Source: a virus
DNA: 64,000 bases
Virus record (IMG/VR): IMGVR_UViG_3300008259_004660
Location: 64,001-128,000 of that record
Strand: one strand, 5' to 3'
Under the pieces are notes generated by a model, which was not told the DNA's origin, ran no database searches, and saw only the letters and a program-made list of their open reading frames with translations. The translations under genes were made by a program, and so were the position numbers. Below, in pieces: positions 18,116 through 25,491 of this stretch (within the stretch, counting starts at the first letter, position 1; each line of letters opens with the position of its first letter).

Positions 18116-18307
18116 ATGAAACTGACGCAATACATCCGCCAACTCCAAGAAATCGCCAAGAAGCAGCCTGACGCAGAAGTGATTTATGCGGCAGACGAAG
18201 AAGGTAATAGTTATTCTCCTGTTTTTTACGAGCCGTCTCTTGGTTATTTTGATGGAGACAGTTTTGACACCACGGCGAAGCCTGTCAACGCCATCTGTAT
18301 CAACTAA
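18116..18307 (+). CDS. hypothetical phage protein
   Basis: EVIYAADEEGNSYSPV, NAICIN. Confidence 0.7.
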   Translation: MKLTQYIRQLQEIAKKQPDAEVIYAADEEGNSYSPVFYEPSLGYFDGDSFDTTAKPVNAICIN

Positions 18308-18316
18308 TTTTAGCTC

Positions 18317-18392
18317 GGGCTGGTAGCTCAACGGTCAGAGCAGAGGACTCATAATCCTTTGGTTAGGGGTTCGAATCCCTTCCGGCCCACCA
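18317..18392 (+). tRNA. tRNA with CAT anticodon (Ile2-like or elongator Met)
   Basis: GGGCTGG/CCGGCCC acceptor with C4-G69, loop CTCATAA, CCA. Confidence 0.93.
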
Positions 18393-18402
18393 CTTTTATC
18401 AT

Positions 18403-18588
18403 ATGAAAACAATAATCAACAAAATAAAGGAGAACTCCACACAACTTATTCAAGGACTGTTTCTTGGTCTTTTTCTAACAATGGGTATTTTCAACATCGT
18501 TGATGGCATTTTCTTTTCAAAGATTATGTGGCAGACGAACTGCGGAGTTAATCAGATCATCATCGGTGCAATCATGTCCAAGATTTAG
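18403..18588 (+). CDS. small two-TM membrane protein
   Basis: Two hydrophobic segments in 61 aa. Confidence 0.55.
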   Translation: MKTIINKIKENSTQLIQGLFLGLFLTMGIFNIVDGIFFSKIMWQTNCGVNQIIIGAIMSKI

Positions 18589-18638
18589 TTCTTGACTTTT
18601 TATAAAGAACAAGTACTCTGTGTCTTGTTCTTTTCAAT

Positions 18639-18713
18639 GGTCTTGTAGCTCAATGGTAGAGCCGTTGACTTTTAATCAATTGGTTGTGGGTTCGAATCCC
18701 ACCGGGACCACCA
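18639..18713 (+). tRNA. tRNA-Lys(TTT)
   Basis: GGTCTTG/CGGGACC, GTTGA-CTTTTAA-TCAAT, CCA. Confidence 0.97.
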
Positions 18714-18718
18714 ATTTC

Positions 18719-18793
18719 GCGATGAACCCAAAGACAAGGAGGGGGTGGGCTCGGTTCCCACAATAGTGCGTGAAAGCTCGCACCATCGCACAA
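18719..18793 (+). ncRNA. tRNA-like cloverleaf RNA with non-canonical loops
   Basis: GCGATG/CATCGC acceptor, GTGGG/CCCAC and GTGCG/CGCAC arms, ACAA end. Confidence 0.55.
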
Positions 18794-18846
18794 TTTTTAT
18801 TGACAATTTAGGTAGGTAAGTCATAGTTATCTTTGTTCTTTTTAAT

Positions 18847-18921
18847 GCCGAGTTAGCACAATGGCGGTGCAACTGTTTTGTAAACAGTAGGTTGTCGGTT
18901 CGAATCCGACACTCGGCTCCA
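18847..18921 (+). tRNA. tRNA-Thr(TGT)
   Basis: GCCGAGT/ACTCGGC, ACTGT-TTTGTAA-ACAGT, CCA. Confidence 0.96.
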
Positions 18922-18930
18922 TTTTTCAGA

Positions 18931-19019
18931 CAGAGGTGCAAGTAAGTCGTCTACATCCTCTGGAGTACTGCATAAGGTGCTTGACAGCAGTAAATAACAG
19001 GGCTCATGATCCTGCCTCT
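18931..19019 (+). ncRNA. three-hairpin structured spacer RNA
   Basis: CAGAGG/CCTCTG, TACTGC/GCAGTA, CAGG/CCTG. Confidence 0.4.
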
Positions 19020-19038
19020 TTATCTGAACATTTTTTAC

Positions 19039-19113
19039 GCCGCTATCGTCTAACGGTTAGGACGCCGGATTTTCATTCCGATAATCGGGGTTCGATTCCC
19101 CGTAGCGGTACCA
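19039..19113 (+). tRNA. tRNA-Glu(TTC)
   Basis: GCCGCTA/TAGCGGT, loop TTTTCAT, GTTCGATTC, CCA. Confidence 0.95.
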
Positions 19114-19118
19114 ATTTT

Positions 19119-19313
19119 ATGAACGATTCTCATTTACTTCCTCCTCAAGCAGACATTGACGCTGCACTTCAGATTGAAAAGAGTGTGAAGCCAAGTGAGC
19201 GTGAGCGTTATTTGGAGTACATGAACAATGTTCCTATGTCTGACCGCAAGACCGCAAGAGAATTGCGTGATGGATGTATCTTGAGCCAACTTTTCAATCG
19301 TTTTCGCAGTTAA
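19119..19313 (+). CDS. hypothetical protein
   Basis: ATG 19119, MNDSHLLPPQ; 64 aa. Confidence 0.55.
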   Translation: MNDSHLLPPQADIDAALQIEKSVKPSERERYLEYMNNVPMSDRKTARELRDGCILSQLFNRFRS

Positions 19314-19357
19314 AGTTCTTGACTTTTTTTAAAATCTGTTCATTCTATCTCTTGTCA

Positions 19358-19539
19358 ATGAGGTTTGGAAGCCGTCAACTGCCTCATCATTAAATTCAGG
19401 TATTGCTGAATGGCGCGGCCCAATTTTTGTTCTTTGTGGCCACAAAAACCGGTGTCAGGGAGCCCACAGGGTTATCCCTTATTGTGGGGAACGCTAGTCC
19501 CACGGCTCCACGGGGAGTCTCCGGAAATCTAGCGCGCCA
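19358..19539 (+). ncRNA. candidate structured ncRNA ending in GCCA
   Basis: Own promoter at 19317; TGGCGCG/CGCGCCA, GGAGC/GCTCC, CCCACA/TGTGGG. Confidence 0.55.
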
Positions 19540-19589
19540 ATTTTCTCTTGACTTTTTTTAAAATCTGTTCATTCTCTTCTTTGTTCTTT

Positions 19590-19814
19590 GGTAGTATCAA
19601 GACAGATAAAAGTCGCCTTGCGCGATGGAATCAAAGTTGAACAGTGATGTGTTCAATGAAAGGGTTTGGATTTATCACCAAATACCTGAGATTTAACCGA
19701 CCAGCGCCACCATTAAAAGCAAAGCCACACGGCATTGATTCGTCGGAAAGAGCAGCTTGAAAGTGTGAAACTCTTGCGGAACAGCAGAATTCCGCTATCT
19801 GTCTTGATATTATC
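19590..19814 (+). ncRNA. candidate ~225-nt multibranch ncRNA
   Basis: 14-bp perfect (19 with G-U) terminal helix; several internal hairpins; own promoter and boxA. Confidence 0.7.
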
Positions 19815-19853
19815 ATTGACTTTCTTTAATTTTTGTTCATTCTCTTCTTTGTT

Positions 19854-19981
19854 CTAGGGTGCATTGCCAATAGGAAGTACTCACGGAACTACAGTAAGCA
19901 ACAGTTAGTGCGGAACTCGTGACGAAGATTCTGATCAAATCCTAGTTAGCGTGATTATGGATCGGCTCCATCGCTGTTGCT
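19854..19981 (+). ncRNA. candidate pseudoknotted ncRNA
   Basis: CTAGG/CCTAG, TCACG/CGTGA, and crossing AGCAACAG/CTGTTGCT. Confidence 0.55.
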
Positions 19982-20005
19982 GAAATCTTTTTTGTTCTTT
20001 TGATT

Positions 20006-20167
20006 TTCTCTCATTATTCCGCAACATTGTAAAAGGTGAAGCGCGTGTATCGAAAAATGTAATGGGAGAATATTTTTTGGCAGGTCGCTCTGCCGGAACT
20101 CTAAAATCTATGCCAAGCGCTAGTGACCCTTGCCGGTATCACACAGGTTGACCTCTGGATTTTAGAG
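20006..20167 (+). ncRNA. two tandem long-stem, large-loop hairpin RNAs
   Basis: 11-bp and 12-bp stems, each ending in GAGAATATTTT. Confidence 0.45.
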
Positions 20168-20178
20168 AATATTTTTAC

Positions 20179-20260
20179 GCAGTGTTGGTGTAGCTGTGCA
20201 ATAAACATAGTTGGCAATCCTGCCAAAAGTCGGGCAGCGCGTCCTGCTCACACTGCTCCA
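20179..20260 (+). ncRNA. anticodon-less tRNA mimic with encoded CCA
   Basis: GCAGTGT/ACACTGC-T-CCA acceptor plus three arms. Confidence 0.7.
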
Positions 20261-20305
20261 ATTTATCTTGACTTTTTTTAATTCTTCAACGACACTATCA
20301 GCAAG

Positions 20306-20470
20306 ATGAAACTTGAATGCTGCGATGTTGAGTTAGATTATGAGAGTGCTGGACGGCGTGACACCGAGACGATTGGTGGATACAGCGTCGAGTATTTTAT
20401 CTGTTCTGAATGCAAGCAGCGTTATGAACTTATCGGAAATAGTTTGTGTATGACTGAAGAAGAGCCTTGA
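20306..20470 (+). CDS. 54-aa Cys-rich (Zn-ribbon-like) protein, not in track
   Basis: MKLECCD...FICSECKQRY; promoter 38 nt upstream. Confidence 0.6.
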   Translation: MKLECCDVELDYESAGRRDTETIGGYSVEYFICSECKQRYELIGNSLCMTEEEP

Positions 20471-20503
20471 CTTTCTTTAAATTTAGTTCAAACTGACTTC
20501 ACG

Positions 20504-20704
20504 ATGAAGCCCGAATATCGCATTCAGATTTACGACAAGCAGTACCTTGAATGGAATACTTTTCCTGATGGATGTTTTGATAGTAAAGAAAAGGCTATTG
20601 CTGAAGCGGTTAAGGTTCTTAAGGGGTGGGGTAAACGCAATCACAAGATTCGTTTGATTGAAGTGTGTGAGAAAGTTATTCGGCTTCCAAGCATCAAGAA
20701 ATAA
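20504..20704 (+). CDS. hypothetical protein
   Basis: Promoter cassette; 66 aa. Confidence 0.65.
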   Translation: MKPEYRIQIYDKQYLEWNTFPDGCFDSKEKAIAEAVKVLKGWGKRNHKIRLIEVCEKVIRLPSIKK

Positions 20705-20709
20705 ATCAT

Positions 20710-20916
20710 ATGGAACACCCTCTATATTATGCCATTGATTATGATCTTAATGTGATCAAGTTGGGTTATTTTGACAACGATCATCTTGCTTGGCTTTATA
20801 CTGAAAAAAAGGAGATTGAGTTTATGAAAATTCTTAATCACGCTGAACTGATTACTCTTTACAACAACATTGATGCTGCCACATCAGATTCATTGGCTGG
20901 ACAACCTTTTGCTTGA
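20710..20916 (+). CDS. hypothetical protein
   Basis: 68 aa; stop in the next -35 box. Confidence 0.6.
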   Translation: MEHPLYYAIDYDLNVIKLGYFDNDHLAWLYTEKKEIEFMKILNHAELITLYNNIDAATSDSLAGQPFA

Positions 20917-20950
20917 CTTTTTTTATTTAGGTCTCCATACTACTCCCATA

Positions 20951-21244
20951 ATGAAAATCAAACTGCAAGAAGCTCTTGACCTTATTCAAGCTGCTGATGT
21001 TGTTCGTGTAACTGATATGGATGGATTTATTGAGCCTATCATCTCATTCAGTGATATTGAAGGCAAGCCAGACAATGAGTTTATGTATATGAGTTGGGAT
21101 GATGAACATGATGAGTTTGGTGCCAGATTTCTTGAAGAAGGCAATGAAGAAGTAGAGCGTGATGGCAACAAGATTGCTATCACCGACAGCGAAGGCAGCG
21201 AGTTTGAGTTTAATCTGTTTCGCCTAGTGCCGATTCTAGCTTGA
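20951..21244 (+). CDS. hypothetical acidic protein
   Basis: ATG 20951 at cassette distance. Confidence 0.65.
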   Translation: MKIKLQEALDLIQAADVVRVTDMDGFIEPIISFSDIEGKPDNEFMYMSWDDEHDEFGARFLEEGNEEVERDGNKIAITDSEGSEFEFNLFRLVPILA

Positions 21245-21328
21245 CTTTTAATACATAGGCGCGTAACCTGACTGCCTATCAACGTGGAGCCAACCAAGCA
21301 CAACTCCACCAATCATTTTAAAAATCAA

Positions 21329-21691
21329 ATGCCTCGTCCAAAGAAGATCAAAGTTGAAGTTCCCAAAGGACCGCCCAAGAAACGTGGGCGCAAACCCAAG
21401 CCAAAGGTTTTGAGCATCAAAACTGAAGAAGGTTACACAGAAATTCCTTTGGATGGTTTGAAATTTCCTTGGACTGGTAATCCAGATTATTTCAAGAGCG
21501 AATCAACTCCATTAAGCATCAGCGAGATGACCAAGGAATCTTGTGCTTATCCCAATCGCTACCTTGATGATCAATGCTTTGGATGTTCCATCTATGATTC
21601 TTGTAGATGTTCTTTGAAGTACAACAAAGAAGATATGAAAAAGCCAGTTGAAAAGGTGAAGATTAAGAAGTTAAGTTCATTCGATTCATAA
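21329..21691 (+). CDS. basic AT-hook-like, Cys-cluster protein
   Basis: KKRGRKPK; CAYP...CFGC...CRC. Confidence 0.65.
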   Translation: MPRPKKIKVEVPKGPPKKRGRKPKPKVLSIKTEEGYTEIPLDGLKFPWTGNPDYFKSESTPLSISEMTKESCAYPNRYLDDQCFGCSIYDSCRCSLKYNKEDMKKPVEKVKIKKLSSFDS

Positions 21692-21787
21692 CTTATTTGA
21701 AATTAAAGTGTTAGAGGACGGGAGAAAAGGGTAAAAAGTTACAATTTTTCTTGATTTTTTTTAAAAATATGTCAGAGTATGGCCAAG

Positions 21788-22117
21788 ATGAACGCCACCA
21801 AGAAAGACACCGTCCAGTACGTCAAGAATCAACTCGCCACCAACAAGGTGTGGGCGCTGAAGGCTCTGATCCGCATCTATCAGGAGAACCAAACTGCCGA
21901 TGAGCAGGCGGCGAAGGTCACCAGTCACGACAACGGCATTGGTTTCAGCGGCTGTGATGCCGAGTTCCTTTCTAGTCTCGCGGAGCAGTATCTGCGCCGT
22001 GGTAACCTGAGCGACAAGCAAATGAGTTTCGTCCACCGCAAGATGCCGAAGTATGCTCGGCAGGTCATCGCGATGAGCGATGCATCCAAGTTGGACGCTA
22101 TGGTCGTAGCGGGGTAA
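21788..22117 (+). CDS. hypothetical phage protein
   Basis: QTADEQ, NGIGFSGCDAEFLSSLA, LSDKQ, KYARQ. Confidence 0.75.
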   Translation: MNATKKDTVQYVKNQLATNKVWALKALIRIYQENQTADEQAAKVTSHDNGIGFSGCDAEFLSSLAEQYLRRGNLSDKQMSFVHRKMPKYARQVIAMSDASKLDAMVVAG

Positions 22118-22197
22118 CCCCTGCTGTGGGGTGCGCACACAAATCACGCACAATAATTCTTGACTTTCTTTAATTTAAAATCCAAGATACTTGCACG

Positions 22198-22422
22198 ATG
22201 AAATACGGAAACATCAGCAACGTGATGGTATTCAAGACCGAGGAAACTTTCAACAAGGCGTTGGCCCTTCTCACGAAGAACGGTCACGGTTTCGAGATGA
22301 GTGGCTATCCTCTTGCTCTCAATTTCTATCCTGAACACCGCCACAGCTATGTTTATGCTCAGATCGATCTGGCGTTGGCTGGCATCAATGACGGAGAAGA
22401 TTATGGAATCAAGTATCGTTAA
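22198..22422 (+). CDS. hypothetical protein
   Basis: Promoter cassette. Confidence 0.65.
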   Translation: MKYGNISNVMVFKTEETFNKALALLTKNGHGFEMSGYPLALNFYPEHRHSYVYAQIDLALAGINDGEDYGIKYR

Positions 22423-22464
22423 TTACTTGACTTGTTTTAAATTTAACACCAACATATCAGCACT

Positions 22465-22650
22465 ATGAACTACGCTTACTTGTCTGGATACCTTCAAAGC
22501 GCATTGGAAAATCTCGCTTATGATGACAAATTTCTTAAGATGAAAAGTGATGATCGTCGTAGGGATTATCTTCGAGAAATGGTTCGTGAGGCTCAACTCA
22601 AGGCAATTGAATTCGAGTCCGAAGTTAATTCCAAGATGATCAAGATCTGA
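22465..22650 (+). CDS. hypothetical protein
   Basis: MNYAYLSGYLQS; promoter cassette. Confidence 0.65.
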   Translation: MNYAYLSGYLQSALENLAYDDKFLKMKSDDRRRDYLREMVREAQLKAIEFESEVNSKMIKI

Positions 22651-22656
22651 AAATTT

Positions 22657-22950
22657 ATGTCGAACAAAACCAAACGCATCAAGTACAACACGCCGCTGAC
22701 ATTTCCTCAGACATTTACTCTGAGGGAACTGCGAAAGGCAAACGCGAACAAGATGAAGCTGATTACCATCTACTCACGTGTGCAGAATGGAATTGAAAAT
22801 GGTACCATTGAAGAGGTTGGTATTCAACAGCCGTCTGTGTCTCGTCGTGGACGCAAGGAGATTGTCTACAAGATTGTGGAGGTGGTAGGTGCCCCTGCAT
22901 GCAACATTGCACCCATCACTGATGGCAACAGTTCAGACAATCCTTTTTGA
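22657..22950 (+). CDS. possible winged-helix-like DNA-binding protein
   Basis: FTLRELRKAN, RRGRKEIVY. Confidence 0.55.
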   Translation: MSNKTKRIKYNTPLTFPQTFTLRELRKANANKMKLITIYSRVQNGIENGTIEEVGIQQPSVSRRGRKEIVYKIVEVVGAPACNIAPITDGNSSDNPF

Positions 22951-22952
22951 AA

Positions 22953-23327
22953 ATGAAGTTAACTAATTTCCAAAAGTGGTATTACACTACACTTCCCAAG
23001 ATCTTTGAATCTGGTGACAATGTCGATGGATGGATCCGATTCGAAAGCAAATATCGAAAAATGGATGCATTTTACAATAAAAGATATGGCACAGTTGTGA
23101 AGCGTCCAAAGTTTATTATGGATAAGCGCACTCCGCTTTATTTGCGCGTACCCACAATCAATTTAGGTGATGGATGGGTTCTTCAGCCAATTGTGAAGAA
23201 AACCAATTTAAAGAAAGCTGTCAATGAAATCAAATCTGCACTCAAGAAGCACTCCGCTATTAATCCAGACATTCACGTTGGAAATGTTGGATGGTATGAA
23301 GGTAAACCATTGATGTTTGATTGGTGA
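22953..23327 (+). CDS. minimal protein-kinase-like fold protein
   Basis: VVKRP, WVLQPIV, DIHVGNVG, LMFDW. Confidence 0.55.
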   Translation: MKLTNFQKWYYTTLPKIFESGDNVDGWIRFESKYRKMDAFYNKRYGTVVKRPKFIMDKRTPLYLRVPTINLGDGWVLQPIVKKTNLKKAVNEIKSALKKHSAINPDIHVGNVGWYEGKPLMFDW

Positions 23328-23371
23328 AATTTTCTTGACTTTAAATAAAAATGAGGTCTTAATAACCCACG

Positions 23372-23596
23372 ATGAAATACGAATACGTTGCTGAAAAAAT
23401 TGCAGTGTTCATTACTGCATTGTGCGTTATTTTTTTGGGATCTTTGGTTCTTGCGCTTCCTTTGCTTTGGCTTTGGAACGCAACAATGCCTGAGTTATTT
23501 GGTCTAAAAGAAATTAGTTGGTGGATGGCTTGGAAGCTTATGCTACTCTCATCCATTCTGTTCAAGAATTTCTTCAGCACATCAAAAAGTTCTTGA
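23372..23596 (+). CDS. small membrane protein
   Basis: Two TMs; LWLWNATMPELFGLKEISWW. Confidence 0.7.
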   Translation: MKYEYVAEKIAVFITALCVIFLGSLVLALPLLWLWNATMPELFGLKEISWWMAWKLMLLSSILFKNFFSTSKSS

Positions 23597-23630
23597 TTTT
23601 TATAAAAATTCTGCGATACTATTCAACATC

Positions 23631-23999
23631 ATGAGCAACACCACCATCGTTGAGAAGCTGAATCTGGATATGCCGCTCACGGATTTCATTCGTGGCGTGA
23701 ACAAGATCATCAATGATCATTGGACCAGTTCTGGGTTTGTCCACAACGATGCTCCGCTTGTGATGGTGGACAGTGTTGGACCCAAATATGCCAAGTTGGC
23801 GGTCTATGAGAAGCGTCCAGCTAAAACTGGTCCGCTTGTGGCGGAGCGGGTGTATTGCTTCTACAATCACACCAACGGCGACCTTCTCAAGGGAAGTTGG
23901 AAGGCTCCTGTGGCCAAGGGTGTGCGTGGCAATGTGAAGGAAACCAATGTGCTGGACAAGTTTGATTGGCACGGCCCCAAGTATCTGCGGGGTCTGTGA
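23631..23999 (+). CDS. hypothetical phage protein
   Basis: GPKYAKL, GDLLKGSWKAPVAKGVRGNV. Confidence 0.75.
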   Translation: MSNTTIVEKLNLDMPLTDFIRGVNKIINDHWTSSGFVHNDAPLVMVDSVGPKYAKLAVYEKRPAKTGPLVAERVYCFYNHTNGDLLKGSWKAPVAKGVRGNVKETNVLDKFDWHGPKYLRGL

Positions 24000-24044
24000 T
24001 TTTCTTCTTTACTTTTTATAAATCTGTGCTAGAGTATACGCACG

Positions 24045-24263
24045 ATGAACAACGAAACTTGGACCGAGTGCTTCAGTCAGTATCGCCTTCTTGGTGGTCT
24101 CACCCAAGCTATGCTGCGCAAGTGGGCGGCGGATTTCTTGGTAGAGCGTGGGTTTGACGAGATTGGATCCTCTGACATCAACCACAGCCTCTTTGATATG
24201 TGGGAGGCGGCGGGCGGCGATTGGCAGAAGGCGATCCTTAACGAGGTAGATGCTCGCAGTTAA
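24045..24263 (+). CDS. hypothetical protein
   Basis: Promoter cassette; GFDEIGSSDINH. Confidence 0.65.
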   Translation: MNNETWTECFSQYRLLGGLTQAMLRKWAADFLVERGFDEIGSSDINHSLFDMWEAAGGDWQKAILNEVDARS

Positions 24264-24310
24264 AATAATTCTTGACTTTACTTAAAACATAAACCAACAT
24301 AAACACCGTT

Positions 24311-24607
24311 ATGATTAATCCTCCCAACACTGTTATCTTCCAATATGTCCGCAATCGGCGGCGGCAGAAGGTCGGCGTCGTTGCCGCTTTGAAGCGAAGC
24401 GACAACACGGTCGGTCTCGGTTATAGTCTTTGCGCTACCAATCGGGGCGACACTTTCAATCCTACCACCGCGCTAAACATCGCGCTTGGTCGGGCTGATA
24501 CCTTCCCCCATTTTGAGTGCAAGGAGATTCCGCAGAGCGTGGAGAAGGACTGGAGCGAGATCTATGATCGCGCCGTCCGCTACTTCAAGGGCTGCGAGAT
24601 CGGTTAA
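24311..24607 (+). CDS. hypothetical phage protein
   Basis: GYSLC..DTFN..ALNIALGRA. Confidence 0.7.
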   Translation: MINPPNTVIFQYVRNRRRQKVGVVAALKRSDNTVGLGYSLCATNRGDTFNPTTALNIALGRADTFPHFECKEIPQSVEKDWSEIYDRAVRYFKGCEIG

Positions 24608-24688
24608 AGTTTCCACGGTGGGGAGCGCATACCAGTTCACGCTCACTTTTTTCTTTACTTTTAATAAAAATCTGTCAGTGTTTGCACC

Positions 24689-24913
24689 ATGAACTCTGCC
24701 ACCATCTCCAACAACGAAGTTGCTGCTGTCTACTCTGCTCGCGATGGACGCGAGTATCTGACCATCGACATTCCCAATGGTTGGGATGATGTCAAGAAGC
24801 TGACCAAGAAGGTGCTGACCTACAACGGCAGCAAGTTCGTGTTCACGGGTTGGAACAGCGACACGCTCAAGTGCTACTTTGTTGGCACAAAGAATGTGGC
24901 GACGATTTCTTAA
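24689..24913 (+). CDS. hypothetical protein
   Basis: Promoter cassette; GWDDVKKL, FTGWNSD. Confidence 0.7.
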   Translation: MNSATISNNEVAAVYSARDGREYLTIDIPNGWDDVKKLTKKVLTYNGSKFVFTGWNSDTLKCYFVGTKNVATIS

Positions 24914-24956
24914 CTTTTTTCTTTACTTTTAATAAAAACCTGTCACTGTATTCACC

Positions 24957-25262
24957 ATGAACTCCACCATTACCTTCGCTGACGCTGGGCTGTTTGCTAT
25001 CGCCGTGACCGCCCTTGAGATGGATGCAACTCCTCCCTACACCGTGGACGAGGACACTCTCACCATCAACGCCGAGGACATTGATGGTGTGGTGGACATT
25101 CTCCACGACAACGGTATCTTCAACTTCATCTGCTATCGCGCCGATGGCGACACGGAGCACGATCAGTTCCGCAGTGATGCGGAGGCTGATGCCGATGCCC
25201 TCGCCTCTGCTGGATTCGGCACTGATGAGGACTATGGCTACTACGGTGGCGACGATGAGTAA
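24957..25262 (+). CDS. hypothetical acidic protein
   Basis: DADALASAGFGTDEDYG. Confidence 0.7.
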   Translation: MNSTITFADAGLFAIAVTALEMDATPPYTVDEDTLTINAEDIDGVVDILHDNGIFNFICYRADGDTEHDQFRSDAEADADALASAGFGTDEDYGYYGGDDE

Positions 25263-25263
25263 G

Positions 25264-25458
25264 ATGGTTGGCCCCGCCAGCTTGGACGACATCCTTAATG
25301 GGCCTCGTCCAAGACTGGTGGGTCGGTTGGTGTTTGACCACAAGACCGCGCCGAGCTTGATGCTCCTCACAGAAGATCAAGCAAAAGCACATGACAAGGC
25401 AACACGCCGAGCAGGTTATGGCACTTGTTTAAAAAGAGTTTCGCCACACCGTTCTTGA
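25264..25458 (+). CDS. hypothetical protein (start uncertain)
   Basis: Stop TGA in the next -35 box. Confidence 0.4.
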   Translation: MVGPASLDDILNGPRPRLVGRLVFDHKTAPSLMLLTEDQAKAHDKATRRAGYGTCLKRVSPHRS

Positions 25459-25491
25459 CTTTAATTAAAAAATAATCATCATTTCATCACA

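Noticed and set aside
18639-18713. Nuclease-resistant tRNA-Lys variant as in T5
   Set aside because: Anticodon arm GTTGA-CTTTTAA-TCAAT is the ordinary E. coli-like sequence
18931-18972. preQ1-I riboswitch resemblance (AGAGG..CTACA.CCTCT)
   Set aside because: No A-rich 3' tail and no downstream queuosine gene; the match is superficial
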